This document shows, piece by piece, positions 1 through 6,922 of a stretch of DNA of 27,254 nt. Made by a program: the position numbers and the translations under genes. The notes beneath the pieces are model-generated. The model saw nothing but the letters and a program-made list of their open reading frames with translations, searched no databases and was not told where the DNA came from. Each line of letters opens with the position of its first letter. The stretch's first letter is position 1. The DNA comes from Pseudothermotoga sp. (lineage in GTDB: Bacteria; Thermotogota; Thermotogae; Thermotogales; DSM-5069), in NCBI GenBank assembly GCA_041640575.1, contig JBEPZZ010000006.1, positions 1,606-28,859 on the forward strand. Reading direction: 5' to 3'.

Positions 1-1
1 A

Positions 2-448
2 GTCGATCTTCTCTCTGTGGTCTGCAAGGAACGGAACATAGCGTACTCGCAAGACATTCTTGTGCTCGATATCGCAGTTGGAGAAGGTGCCAACAGAGGG
101 AGCAAGAGACGTGTCCAGTATACGGTTGTTTGCGGGCATGGGTACAGTTCCGCACGTGGGATCGGTGCGAAAGTGACTGCGAGCGGGAGGATCATCGACG
201 TAGTGGTGAACGGCGATGTTTACCTCACTGCGCACACCCACCAACCTGGAGTGGTCAAGATAGCCAGATTCGAGGCGGATACACGCAACAAGAAGATTCA
301 GCAGAGAGAGGCATTTTTGATCACCGTGCCGAGCTGGGTCGGGTACGAAAACTACGCAGCACAAAAGTTCATGCATCCGTCTGCAAATGGATATGTGGAA
401 TTAGAGCTTTCAGGAACAGAAAAGAAAGTACAAGTCCTGATAAGGTGA
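2..448 (+). CDS. Calcineurin-like metallophosphoesterase, C-terminal part (5'-truncated by the window), phage-associated
   Basis: Frame is open from base 2. It contains CGHG and AHTH motifs (metallophosphoesterase motifs IV/V) followed by a PSWVGY segment. Confidence 0.65.
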   Translation, partial: VDLLSVVCKERNIAYSQDILVLDIAVGEGANRGSKRRVQYTVVCGHGYSSARGIGAKVTASGRIIDVVVNGDVYLTAHTHQPGVVKIARFEADTRNKKIQQREAFLITVPSWVGYENYAAQKFMHPSANGYVELELSGTEKKVQVLIR

Positions 449-457
449 GGTGATACT

Positions 458-679
458 GTGAATAATTTCGAGCAAGAAGTCATTCAACGTATTACACGAT
501 TAGAAAGCAAAGTAGAAGAGCAAGGGAGTGATATCAAGGAAATAAAAGATAAAATGAACGGGTATTTAGAAAATAAGATCAAATCAACAGTTAAAGCAAT
601 GTTTGGAGAGATTCTTATAGCCGTGATCACTTCAACAGCGTTTATAAGCTTTATCTTAAGCCGTTTGTTTGGGAGGTAA
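458..679 (+). CDS. Small phage membrane protein (N-terminal coiled coil plus C-terminal TM helix), XhlA-like/holin-like
   Basis: GTG start preceded by GAGGTGA. RITRLESKVEEQGSDIKEIKDKM is heptad-like and ILIAVITSTAFISFIL is hydrophobic. Lies directly upstream of the lysin. Confidence 0.65.
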   Translation: MNNFEQEVIQRITRLESKVEEQGSDIKEIKDKMNGYLENKIKSTVKAMFGEILIAVITSTAFISFILSRLFGR

Positions 680-717
680 AAAAATTCTCATACTTACATT
701 CCTATGGAGGTGACAAA

Positions 718-1218
718 ATGATGATCCCAGTAAATCTAAAAAACCTTGTCACGGCATACTATAACGACTTTGTTTCTGAGTTCAATATTCAAGATTTTCC
801 AAAGCTACATAACGTGTTTGCAATTATTAGTATGGAATCTTCTTGGCAACCTGAAGCACAATCGCCATACGCACGTGGCTTGATGCAAATATCCCAACCG
901 GCGCTTGAAACAATTAATAGGCTCTATAACAAAAAATTCACTTATCACGACATGTTGCGTGCAGACCACAATGTTTTTGTTGGAATACGATACTTACGCT
1001 GGTTGTACAAAGCATTGTCACATTTAGAACCAACGCAGTGTGAGATTGCTACCGTAATGGCATATAACTGGGGTATTGGAAATGTCCAAAATTGGCTGTC
1101 TTTAGTAAAAGACAATCCACAAATCAAAAAGGAAGTACCGCAAGAAACAAAAGATTATGTTGTTTCGTATATTTACTGGTGTGAATATTGGAAAAAGAAT
1201 TTGAAGGTGAAAACATGA
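718..1218 (+). CDS. Soluble lytic transglycosylase (SLT) domain protein, probable phage endolysin
   Basis: Family 1 LT motifs: catalytic ES (MESS), ARGLMQI, AYNWGIGNV and ETKDYV. RBS GGAGGTGA. No signal peptide. Confidence 0.9.
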   Translation: MMIPVNLKNLVTAYYNDFVSEFNIQDFPKLHNVFAIISMESSWQPEAQSPYARGLMQISQPALETINRLYNKKFTYHDMLRADHNVFVGIRYLRWLYKALSHLEPTQCEIATVMAYNWGIGNVQNWLSLVKDNPQIKKEVPQETKDYVVSYIYWCEYWKKNLKVKT

Positions 1219-1566
1219 AATTCGATTTAAACATTTGGAGAGCAATACACGGTTGAAATAGATGAAAATGCAATAACAGAGGCATGTGAAGATCTTGGAA
1301 TAGATGTTGAATCTACAACAGGTCTTCATCTTAGTGATTATCACAAAATCCTTGTATCACCAATGCAAGATCGTCAAGAGATTGTGCAAACACTGCTACA
1401 TGAAGTACTGCATGCGATTGGAACCGTGTCAGGTCATACGATTTTGGCTCATTCTACAAGAAAGAATGAAGCGTTTGTGAATATGCTTGCTACTGCACTA
1501 ACGCAATTATTCAATCAAGAGAATTTTATGGTTTTTATTAACAATAATCTACGAAAGGAGGAGTGA
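1215..1566 (+). pseudogene. Phage HEXXH metallopeptidase-like protein with a frameshift near the 5' end (~1233)
   Basis: ATG 1215 overlaps the lysin stop (ATGA) with RBS GAAGGTGA, but that frame stops at 1254-1256. The adjacent frame is open from 1231 to 1566 (FGEQYTVEID...TLLHEVLHAI) with no start codon before 1363. Confidence 0.7.
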
Positions 1567-1568
1567 AC

Positions 1569-1799
1569 ATGGTAGAACTTTTGTGGGCAATTGTTGGTTT
1601 TGTAATTCCCTTCATTCTCTCTTGGATTTTCGCAAAGATCAATCCAGCAAAGTTCGTAAGTTGGCTTTCAAAGATGCTTGCGAAAGTCTTGAAAAACGAG
1701 GAAGCGAGGAACAAGGTCGAAAACGAAATAGGGCGACTCTTAGTGGAACTTGGGAACGCGATAATCAGCATTACTCCAGATGAGAACGAAAAAAACTGA
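1569..1799 (+). CDS. Holin-like small membrane protein (76 aa), ending on a slippery heptamer
   Basis: AGGAGG RBS favours ATG 1569 over GTG 1563. N-terminal TM helix LLWAIVGFVIPFILSWIFA, then an amphipathic basic segment. Lies in the lysis module and ends GAA AAA AAC TGA. Confidence 0.7.
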   Translation: MVELLWAIVGFVIPFILSWIFAKINPAKFVSWLSKMLAKVLKNEEARNKVENEIGRLLVELGNAIISITPDENEKN

Positions 1800-2098
1800 C
1801 CAAGCCTGTCGTGGTAGCTGTTGACGTCATAGACTTGTTAGGCAAGACAATTGAATATCTCTCAGCAAAGCAGCCTTCAGCGCTGCTTGTTTTGTTTTCA
1901 ATCGTATGGAAGTATGTCAAACAAGAACAAGAAAGAATCAAAGCAATCAACGAAGCCGAGATCAAGTCGCTTGGAGAGACCTTCTCAATCTCGGTTGAGC
2001 AACTCGAACAGGGTTTAGAGGTTTTGAAGCAAGCTGAGATAAGGCAGACGGGACCATACAGCTTTGAGACATCGCCTTTCAAAAAGAAGTCCCAATAA
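1796..2098 (+). CDS. Hypothetical phage ORF (track: 1811..2098), probably expressed as a -1 frameshift extension of 1569..1799
   Basis: The frame is open across the A_AAA_AAC site (1790-1796) and is the -1 frame of the upstream gene. There is no Shine-Dalgarno before GTG 1811. Confidence 0.55.
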   Translation: MTKPVVVAVDVIDLLGKTIEYLSAKQPSALLVLFSIVWKYVKQEQERIKAINEAEIKSLGETFSISVEQLEQGLEVLKQAEIRQTGPYSFETSPFKKKSQ

Positions 2099-2131
2099 TT
2101 GCCCAATTGTCCTAATTCTGGCCCAATAATT
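2091..2131 (+). repeat. Four phased CC(C/T)AAT direct repeats, candidate integrase arm-type sites
   Basis: CCCAATAATT at 2091, CCCAATTGT at 2102, CCTAATTCT at 2111 and CCCAATAATT at 2122, giving 9-11 bp spacing. Confidence 0.6.
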
Positions 2132-2142
2132 CACATATTCAA

Positions 2143-2174
2143 GAAAAAAGGGCTGAGCATTACACTCAGCCCTT
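2143..2174 (-). terminator. Rho-independent terminator of tRNA-Glu
   Basis: Minus strand reads AAGGGCTGAG-TGTAATG-CTCAGCCCTT followed by TTTTCTT (10-bp stem, U tract). Confidence 0.85.
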
Positions 2175-2199
2175 GAGTCTTTGATATTCAGGGATTTCC

Positions 2200-2274
2200 T
2201 GGTAGCCCCACGGGGAATCGAACCCCGACCTTCGGACTGAGAATCCGATGGACTAGCCATTATCCTATGGGGCC
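2200..2274 (-). tRNA. tRNA-Glu (anticodon CTC)
   Basis: Reverse complement is GGCCCCATAGGATAATGGCTAGTCCATCGGATTCTCAGTCCGAAGGTCGGGGTTCGATTCCCCGTGGGGCTACCA. It has an acceptor stem GGCCCCA/TGGGGCT, anticodon arm TCGGA-TTCTCAG-TCCGA, a TTCGA T-loop and an encoded CCA. Confidence 0.97.
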
Positions 2275-2283
2275 ACAAACTTT

Positions 2284-2312
2284 ATTTTATCATATACCTT
2301 GATCTTATTCAA
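2284..2312 (-). promoter_or_regulatory. Sigma70-type promoter of tRNA-Glu
   Basis: Minus strand TTGAAT-17 nt-TAAAAT with an extended -10 TG, ending 9 nt upstream of the tRNA 5' end. Confidence 0.75.
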
Positions 2313-2361
2313 GAGGCTAAACACCATTGTGCTTACCAAAAAGCTACACTTGAAATACTTT

Positions 2362-3186
2362 TCACACGCCAGAATATGCGTTAAAGCCACCATCTATTGG
2401 AATTACCACCCCAGTCACGAATTTGGACGCGTCTGAAGCTAACCAAATACAAACTCCTATTAGATCTTCTGGCATACCAAATCTTCCCATTGGAGTATGA
2501 TCGATTATAGCTTTTCCTCGTGCAGTTAGATTTCCATTCTCATCAAGAAGCAGGTATCTGTTCTGCTGCGTTAAGAAGAAGCCGGGTGCAATAGCATTTA
2601 CTCTGAGATTTTTGTTATACTCTTGTGCAAAATGTACCGCCAACCATTGTGTGAAGTTACTTACCGCAGCCTTGGCAGCAGAATAACCAATCACCCTTGT
2701 TAAAGGTCTGTACGCAGCCATTGATGAAATGTTTATGATTGAACCTCCTTCTGGATTCCTTGCCATTGTTTTTCCAAAAATTTGCGAGGGAAGGATTGCT
2801 CCACCAAAGAGATTCAGATTCACAACCTTTTGCAGGGCATCAAATGGCAGGTCGAAGAAACTCACATCTTGAGATGTGGTAGCTTCCTTCATGTTTCCAC
2901 CAGCAGCGTTCAGGAGCACATCAATTCTGCCGAAATCCTCTAAGATCTTGTCGTGTGTGGCCTTTATGCTGTCGATGCTTAATACATCCATGTAATATCC
3001 CTTCACTTCAATTCCTTGCTTTCGCATTTCTTCGGCAGTTGAATCTGCGTTTTTAATATCAGTGATTACAACCTTAGCTCCGCATTTTGCCATCCCCATT
3101 CCAATTGCGGATCCAAGAACTCCTGCACCTCCTGTGATGACGACAACTTTGTTCTCAAGGCTAAAAATCTCTAACATTGCTTTCAT
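2362..3186 (-). CDS. uxuB: D-mannonate oxidoreductase (fructuronate reductase), SDR family
   Basis: TGGAGVLG, NAAGGN, YSAAKAAVSNFTQWLA and NAIAPGFF are characteristic of SDR-type UxuB. Directly downstream of uxaE. Confidence 0.85.
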   Translation of the reverse strand: MKAMLEIFSLENKVVVITGGAGVLGSAIGMGMAKCGAKVVITDIKNADSTAEEMRKQGIEVKGYYMDVLSIDSIKATHDKILEDFGRIDVLLNAAGGNMKEATTSQDVSFFDLPFDALQKVVNLNLFGGAILPSQIFGKTMARNPEGGSIINISSMAAYRPLTRVIGYSAAKAAVSNFTQWLAVHFAQEYNKNLRVNAIAPGFFLTQQNRYLLLDENGNLTARGKAIIDHTPMGRFGMPEDLIGVCIWLASDASKFVTGVVIPIDGGFNAYSGV

Positions 3187-3190
3187 ACTT

Positions 3191-4675
3191 CTACCTTCTT
3201 TCGATGTTCAATAGGCTAAGATGTTTCGTCATGTGCTTTATCAAATACTCTTTATGAAGTTCCTCGTTTTCTCTTAGAACCTCTAGAATCTTGTCTTTGA
3301 AAACCCACTTGCCACTTTCATCCTTTAGTGTTAGCACCGAGCCATAAGTTATGTGTATAAGTTGTCTAGAGTCAGGCATATCGAGAAGTTTTACCAGATC
3401 TTCATCTTTTAGATCATCAACATTCGGTATCTTCGAAAGATCTGTAGTCACTTGGTAGGATTTTTTGTCCTGTTCAAACTTCGTAAGAGCAAACTTGTGA
3501 ATTTCCCTATAAAGCTTCGGAGCTTTTGTTGCAATAACTCTAATAGCTTCAAGATAACTCGTTCCAGCAGTTTTAACGTGAAATTCTCCTTCGGTTGCCT
3601 CAGCAAAGATTCGATATATGCTGAACTTGTCGCTTCCAGAGTGTAAAGATAGCTTGTAACCTTTGAGCTCCTTAGCAATCTCTGAATGCACTAATATCTC
3701 TTTGTGAAATTCTTTGAGATCCCCTATATAGTCGATACCCTTTTGCCATTCTCCTGGAAACCTCAAGGCAAGTGTTTTAAAGTCTACGCCTTTTCGCCTA
3801 AGCTCTGTGACAATGAAAATGTGTGCAAGTCCTGTGGTCGGTATGGACGTCTCGTCTATGGATATTTCGAAATCGAAGGCCTTTCCTTTTGATGTGAGCA
3901 ATTCATAGCACTTTAAAACATGATTAATTGCATCAATATAAGTTACGAAGATCTCAGCAAATTCCTTATCGGTCATTGTAAAAACGTAGTCTCGGAATTT
4001 GTATTTCTTCCCGACATACTTGCTTTCAAGTTCTCTTCGCATTCTGTGGTAAAGGTAGAAATCTTGAAAATCTTTCGCTGTCATTTTTGAGATATCTTTA
4101 ATATGGTCAGAAGGATCGACAGTATACATTGTGAAACCCTCGTTAATAGCCATTTCAAGATCGTGAAGCTCTTTCACATGATCAGCATCAGCTCCAAATG
4201 CAAAGTTGTAACCACTTTCAAATACTCCCCAGATAGCGTTATCGAGTACGTCTCGATAACTTCTTTCTGTTCTAGTTAATTCTCTTACTGACTGCTGTGC
4301 GAAAATTGGAAATACGTAGAACTGTTTTGCAACATCAGCATGGGCAGATGTAGCCAAGCCAATCCTATCGCCAAAACCAAAGGATGCTCTTTTATTGATT
4401 ATAACTGGGTTTAAAGTCTCAATAATTCTTCTCAGACTAGTCAAGTTTTCATGCGTTATTTCACATTTCAAGATATCTCTTAAGTCAATTTGTCCTATTT
4501 TTTCGCCTTGAAACATTTGGCAAATACCTTTTTTACCCACTACAAATAGATACTTCTTTTTTTCATCCCTTCCGGCAAAAAAGTAAGAGTCCGAAACTTT
4601 TCGTAATGAATTATCGTACAACTCAAAACGCCTATCAAAACTCTTCGATAGCTTTTCCAAAATATTCTCCTCCAT
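3191..4675 (-). CDS. uxaE: Tagaturonate/fructuronate epimerase
   Basis: Motifs GFGDRIGLAT, AQQSVRE, ADADH, FEISIDE, WQKGIDY, SLHSGSDKF and HVKTAGTSYLEA. ATG 4675 chosen because of an AAGGAG RBS 8 nt upstream. Confidence 0.92.
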   Translation of the reverse strand: MEENILEKLSKSFDRRFELYDNSLRKVSDSYFFAGRDEKKKYLFVVGKKGICQMFQGEKIGQIDLRDILKCEITHENLTSLRRIIETLNPVIINKRASFGFGDRIGLATSAHADVAKQFYVFPIFAQQSVRELTRTERSYRDVLDNAIWGVFESGYNFAFGADADHVKELHDLEMAINEGFTMYTVDPSDHIKDISKMTAKDFQDFYLYHRMRRELESKYVGKKYKFRDYVFTMTDKEFAEIFVTYIDAINHVLKCYELLTSKGKAFDFEISIDETSIPTTGLAHIFIVTELRRKGVDFKTLALRFPGEWQKGIDYIGDLKEFHKEILVHSEIAKELKGYKLSLHSGSDKFSIYRIFAEATEGEFHVKTAGTSYLEAIRVIATKAPKLYREIHKFALTKFEQDKKSYQVTTDLSKIPNVDDLKDEDLVKLLDMPDSRQLIHITYGSVLTLKDESGKWVFKDKILEVLRENEELHKEYLIKHMTKHLSLLNIERR

Positions 4676-4687
4676 TACAATCACTCC

Positions 4688-5452
4688 TTATACTTTGTAG
4701 ACTTCAACTTGCTTCTCCAAAAGGTATTTTTCACATTCTATTGGTATACCTGTATCAGTTATCACACCATCTATATCTTCTGGCATAGCAAAAGAAGCGA
4801 AAGCGTTTCTAAAAAATTTAGTTGAATCCGTAACAATATAAACTTTGGATGAACTTTTTATCATGGCCTTCTTTACATCAGCTTCAACAATGCTTGGAGT
4901 CATAAATCCCTTTTCAAATGAAAAACCAGTCGTTCCTAGAAAGGCTTTATCCACGTTTATTTCTTCGAGAAACTTCAAAGTCCATGGGCCTACGAGAGAT
5001 AGACTGTTCTCCCTAACCACACCTCCAAGTACCAGTACTTCAATACCAACTTCTATTAACTTAGCGGCAATAAAAACGTTGTTAGTAACAACTGTCACTG
5101 AACTAAATTCAGCTTTTCTAAGCTCGAATGTTACATAGTAATTAGTGCTGCTACTATCTAGGATTATCGTATCCCCATCGTCTATCAAAGAAACAATTTT
5201 CCTAGCTATTCTCTTCTTTTCAGACTGCTTTTGATGGATTTTTCTCAAAAAATTCCACTCAGATCGTGAATGATCTGGGAGCATCGCTCCTCCGTGAGTA
5301 CGCACGAGTACGCCGTTTGATTCGAGGAAGTCTAAGTCCTTTCTGATCGTAACGCTGCTAACATTGAACTTCTTTGCAAGTTCTTCAACTGTTATCTTTC
5401 CATCTTTTTTCAAGATTTCGATAATTTGGTTTCTGCGCTCTTCTGTGAACAT
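4688..5452 (-). CDS. DeoR/GlpR-family transcriptional regulator, probable regulator of the iol/uxa genes
   Basis: HTH LAKKFNVSSVTIRKDLDFLE and RTHGGA, plus a DeoR C-terminal sensor domain (IILDSSST, VVTN, DSTKF). Confidence 0.92.
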   Translation of the reverse strand: MFTEERRNQIIEILKKDGKITVEELAKKFNVSSVTIRKDLDFLESNGVLVRTHGGAMLPDHSRSEWNFLRKIHQKQSEKKRIARKIVSLIDDGDTIILDSSSTNYYVTFELRKAEFSSVTVVTNNVFIAAKLIEVGIEVLVLGGVVRENSLSLVGPWTLKFLEEINVDKAFLGTTGFSFEKGFMTPSIVEADVKKAMIKSSSKVYIVTDSTKFFRNAFASFAMPEDIDGVITDTGIPIECEKYLLEKQVEVYKV

Positions 5453-5483
5453 GGTTTCCCCCTACGATATTCTATCAAAAACT

Positions 5484-5561
5484 CTTTCGAAAACCAAATT
5501 CGAAAGTCGTTGTATAGTTTCAAAATTTAATGAAATAGAAAGAAAAAGATAGAAACGAAAA
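5484..5561. promoter_or_regulatory. Candidate DeoR operator region
   Basis: Perfect inverted repeat CTTTCGAA-7 nt-TTCGAAAG (5484-5506) and a run of GAAA repeats (5532-5560) in the divergent intergenic region. Confidence 0.5.
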
Positions 5562-5613
5562 GCATATGTGGCTTTGACAGCCTTTAGCTGTATGTAAATG
5601 ACAGTTTCTGAGT

Positions 5614-5643
5614 TTGTCTATATGGTTTATGATTTTTTATACT
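5614..5643 (+). promoter_or_regulatory. Candidate sigma70 promoter for the iolM operon
   Basis: TTGTCT-18 nt-TATACT, 55 nt upstream of the iolM start. Confidence 0.4.
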
Positions 5644-5698
5644 TTAGTTAACGAGGTACAGGTAATCCACGACGTACCTCGCTAATGGAGGGATAAAT

Positions 5699-6886
5699 GT
5701 GAAAGCTGTTAGGCTGCACGCAAAATGGGATCCAAAACCTGGTTTTCAACTGGGCCCAAAAGATATTGAGGGTAAGTTAACGTGGTTAGGTAGTAAAGTT
5801 TGGAGGTATCCAAAACTTGTTGTCGAGGAAGTACCGGAACCAAAAATAGTCAAGCCCACACAGGTTCTCATCGAGGTAAAAGCTTGCGGAATTTGTGGCA
5901 GTGATGTGCACATGGCCCAAGCTGATAAAGATGGCTACATTTTGTACCCGGGTTTGACAGGTTTCCCGGTAACCCTTGGTCATGAATTTTCTGGAGTGGT
6001 TGTTGAGGCTGGTCCAGAAGCTATCAACAGAAGAACTAACAAAAGGTTTGAGCCCGGAGAACCAGTAACCTCTGAAGAGATGTTTTGGTGTGGCGTATGC
6101 CGACCTTGTGCAGAAGGGTATCCAAATCATTGTGAAAATCTCAAGGAGATTGGTTTTGATGTTGATGGAGCATTCGCAAAATATGTTATCTCAGACGCAA
6201 AATACCTCTGGAGCTTACGCGAACTTGAAGGTGTTTACGAGGGAGATAAGCTCTTCTTGGCGGGAAGTTTGGTCGAACCAACTTCAGTGGCTTACCATGC
6301 TGTTATAGAACGTGGAGGTGGTATCCGACCAGGCGACAATGTAGTAATACTTGGCGGTGGACCGATAGGACTTGCTGCCGTTGCGATTCTCAAAAGGGCT
6401 GGAGCCGCAAAAGTAATTCTGTCTGAACCTTCGGAAAAGAGAAGGGAACTAGCGAAACACTTAGGCGCAGACATTGTTATTGATCCTACAAAAGAAGATT
6501 TTGTTGAGGCAGTTCTTGAAAGCACCAGAGGAATGGGTGCAAAGCTGTATCTGGAAGCCACTGGTCTGCCGCAGATCGTTTGGAAAGACATCGAAGAAAC
6601 TATTTGGAAAGGCCGAACAGTGAACTCTACGGTCGTAATCGTTGCACGCGCAGACGCGAAAATACCACTAACAGGAGAGATCTTCCAAGTTAGAATGGCT
6701 CGTATCGTGGGTTCACAAGGTCATTCTGGCCATGGTAACTTTCCAAGAGTCATAAGCTCGATGGCGAGCGGCATGGATATGACAAAGATTATTTCAAAAA
6801 TTGTGAGGCTCGAAGAGATTCCTGAGTACATATTAAGACTTCAAAGCGACAAAGAACTGGTCAAGGTAACAATGCTCAACCCCTAA
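5699..6886 (+). CDS. iolM: scyllo-inosose 3-dehydrogenase (Zn-dependent MDR)
   Basis: CGICGSD, GHE, structural Zn motif CGVCRPC...C and GGGPIG. The N-terminus MKAVRLHAKWDP...GSKVWRYP and GSQGHSGHG match Thermotoga IolM. Operon context agrees. Confidence 0.92.
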   Translation: MKAVRLHAKWDPKPGFQLGPKDIEGKLTWLGSKVWRYPKLVVEEVPEPKIVKPTQVLIEVKACGICGSDVHMAQADKDGYILYPGLTGFPVTLGHEFSGVVVEAGPEAINRRTNKRFEPGEPVTSEEMFWCGVCRPCAEGYPNHCENLKEIGFDVDGAFAKYVISDAKYLWSLRELEGVYEGDKLFLAGSLVEPTSVAYHAVIERGGGIRPGDNVVILGGGPIGLAAVAILKRAGAAKVILSEPSEKRRELAKHLGADIVIDPTKEDFVEAVLESTRGMGAKLYLEATGLPQIVWKDIEETIWKGRTVNSTVVIVARADAKIPLTGEIFQVRMARIVGSQGHSGHGNFPRVISSMASGMDMTKIISKIVRLEEIPEYILRLQSDKELVKVTMLNP

Positions 6887-6922
6887 GGCTAAAAGTGCTT
6901 GTGACAAGAGGTGAAAGCTGGT

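Larger units (their letters stand above)
1..2199. mobile_element. Right (lysis) end of a probable prophage integrated at the 3' end of tRNA-Glu; extends beyond the left edge of the window
   Basis: Co-oriented, tightly packed small + strand ORFs including an SLT lysin, small membrane proteins, a HEXXH protein and a phosphoesterase. They end ~100 bp from the tRNA CCA end with phased repeats at the junction. No integrase is visible in the window. Confidence 0.75.

Noticed and set aside
130..453. 107-aa alternative-frame ORF over the phosphoesterase
   Set aside because: It has a TTG start without an RBS and an Arg/Ser-rich shadow composition, and the other frame carries the enzyme motifs.
1569..2098. 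Calling the frameshift pair a tail assembly chaperone (gpG/gpGT)
   Set aside because: It is not located between major tail and tape-measure genes, it has an N-terminal TM helix, and it sits at the end of the lysis module.
2091..2131. Possible CRISPR or iteron array
   Set aside because: The units are only ~10 bp with no spacers, and there is no cas or rep gene. I saw no CRISPR array anywhere in the window.
2015..2278. 87-aa minus-strand ORF (MWPHRIMASPSDSQSEGRGSIPRGAT...)
   Set aside because: It is simply the tRNA-Glu and its terminator read as codons.
5574..5600. Perfect TTGACA -35 hexamer upstream of iolM
   Set aside because: There is no acceptable -10 hexamer at 16-18 nt spacing.
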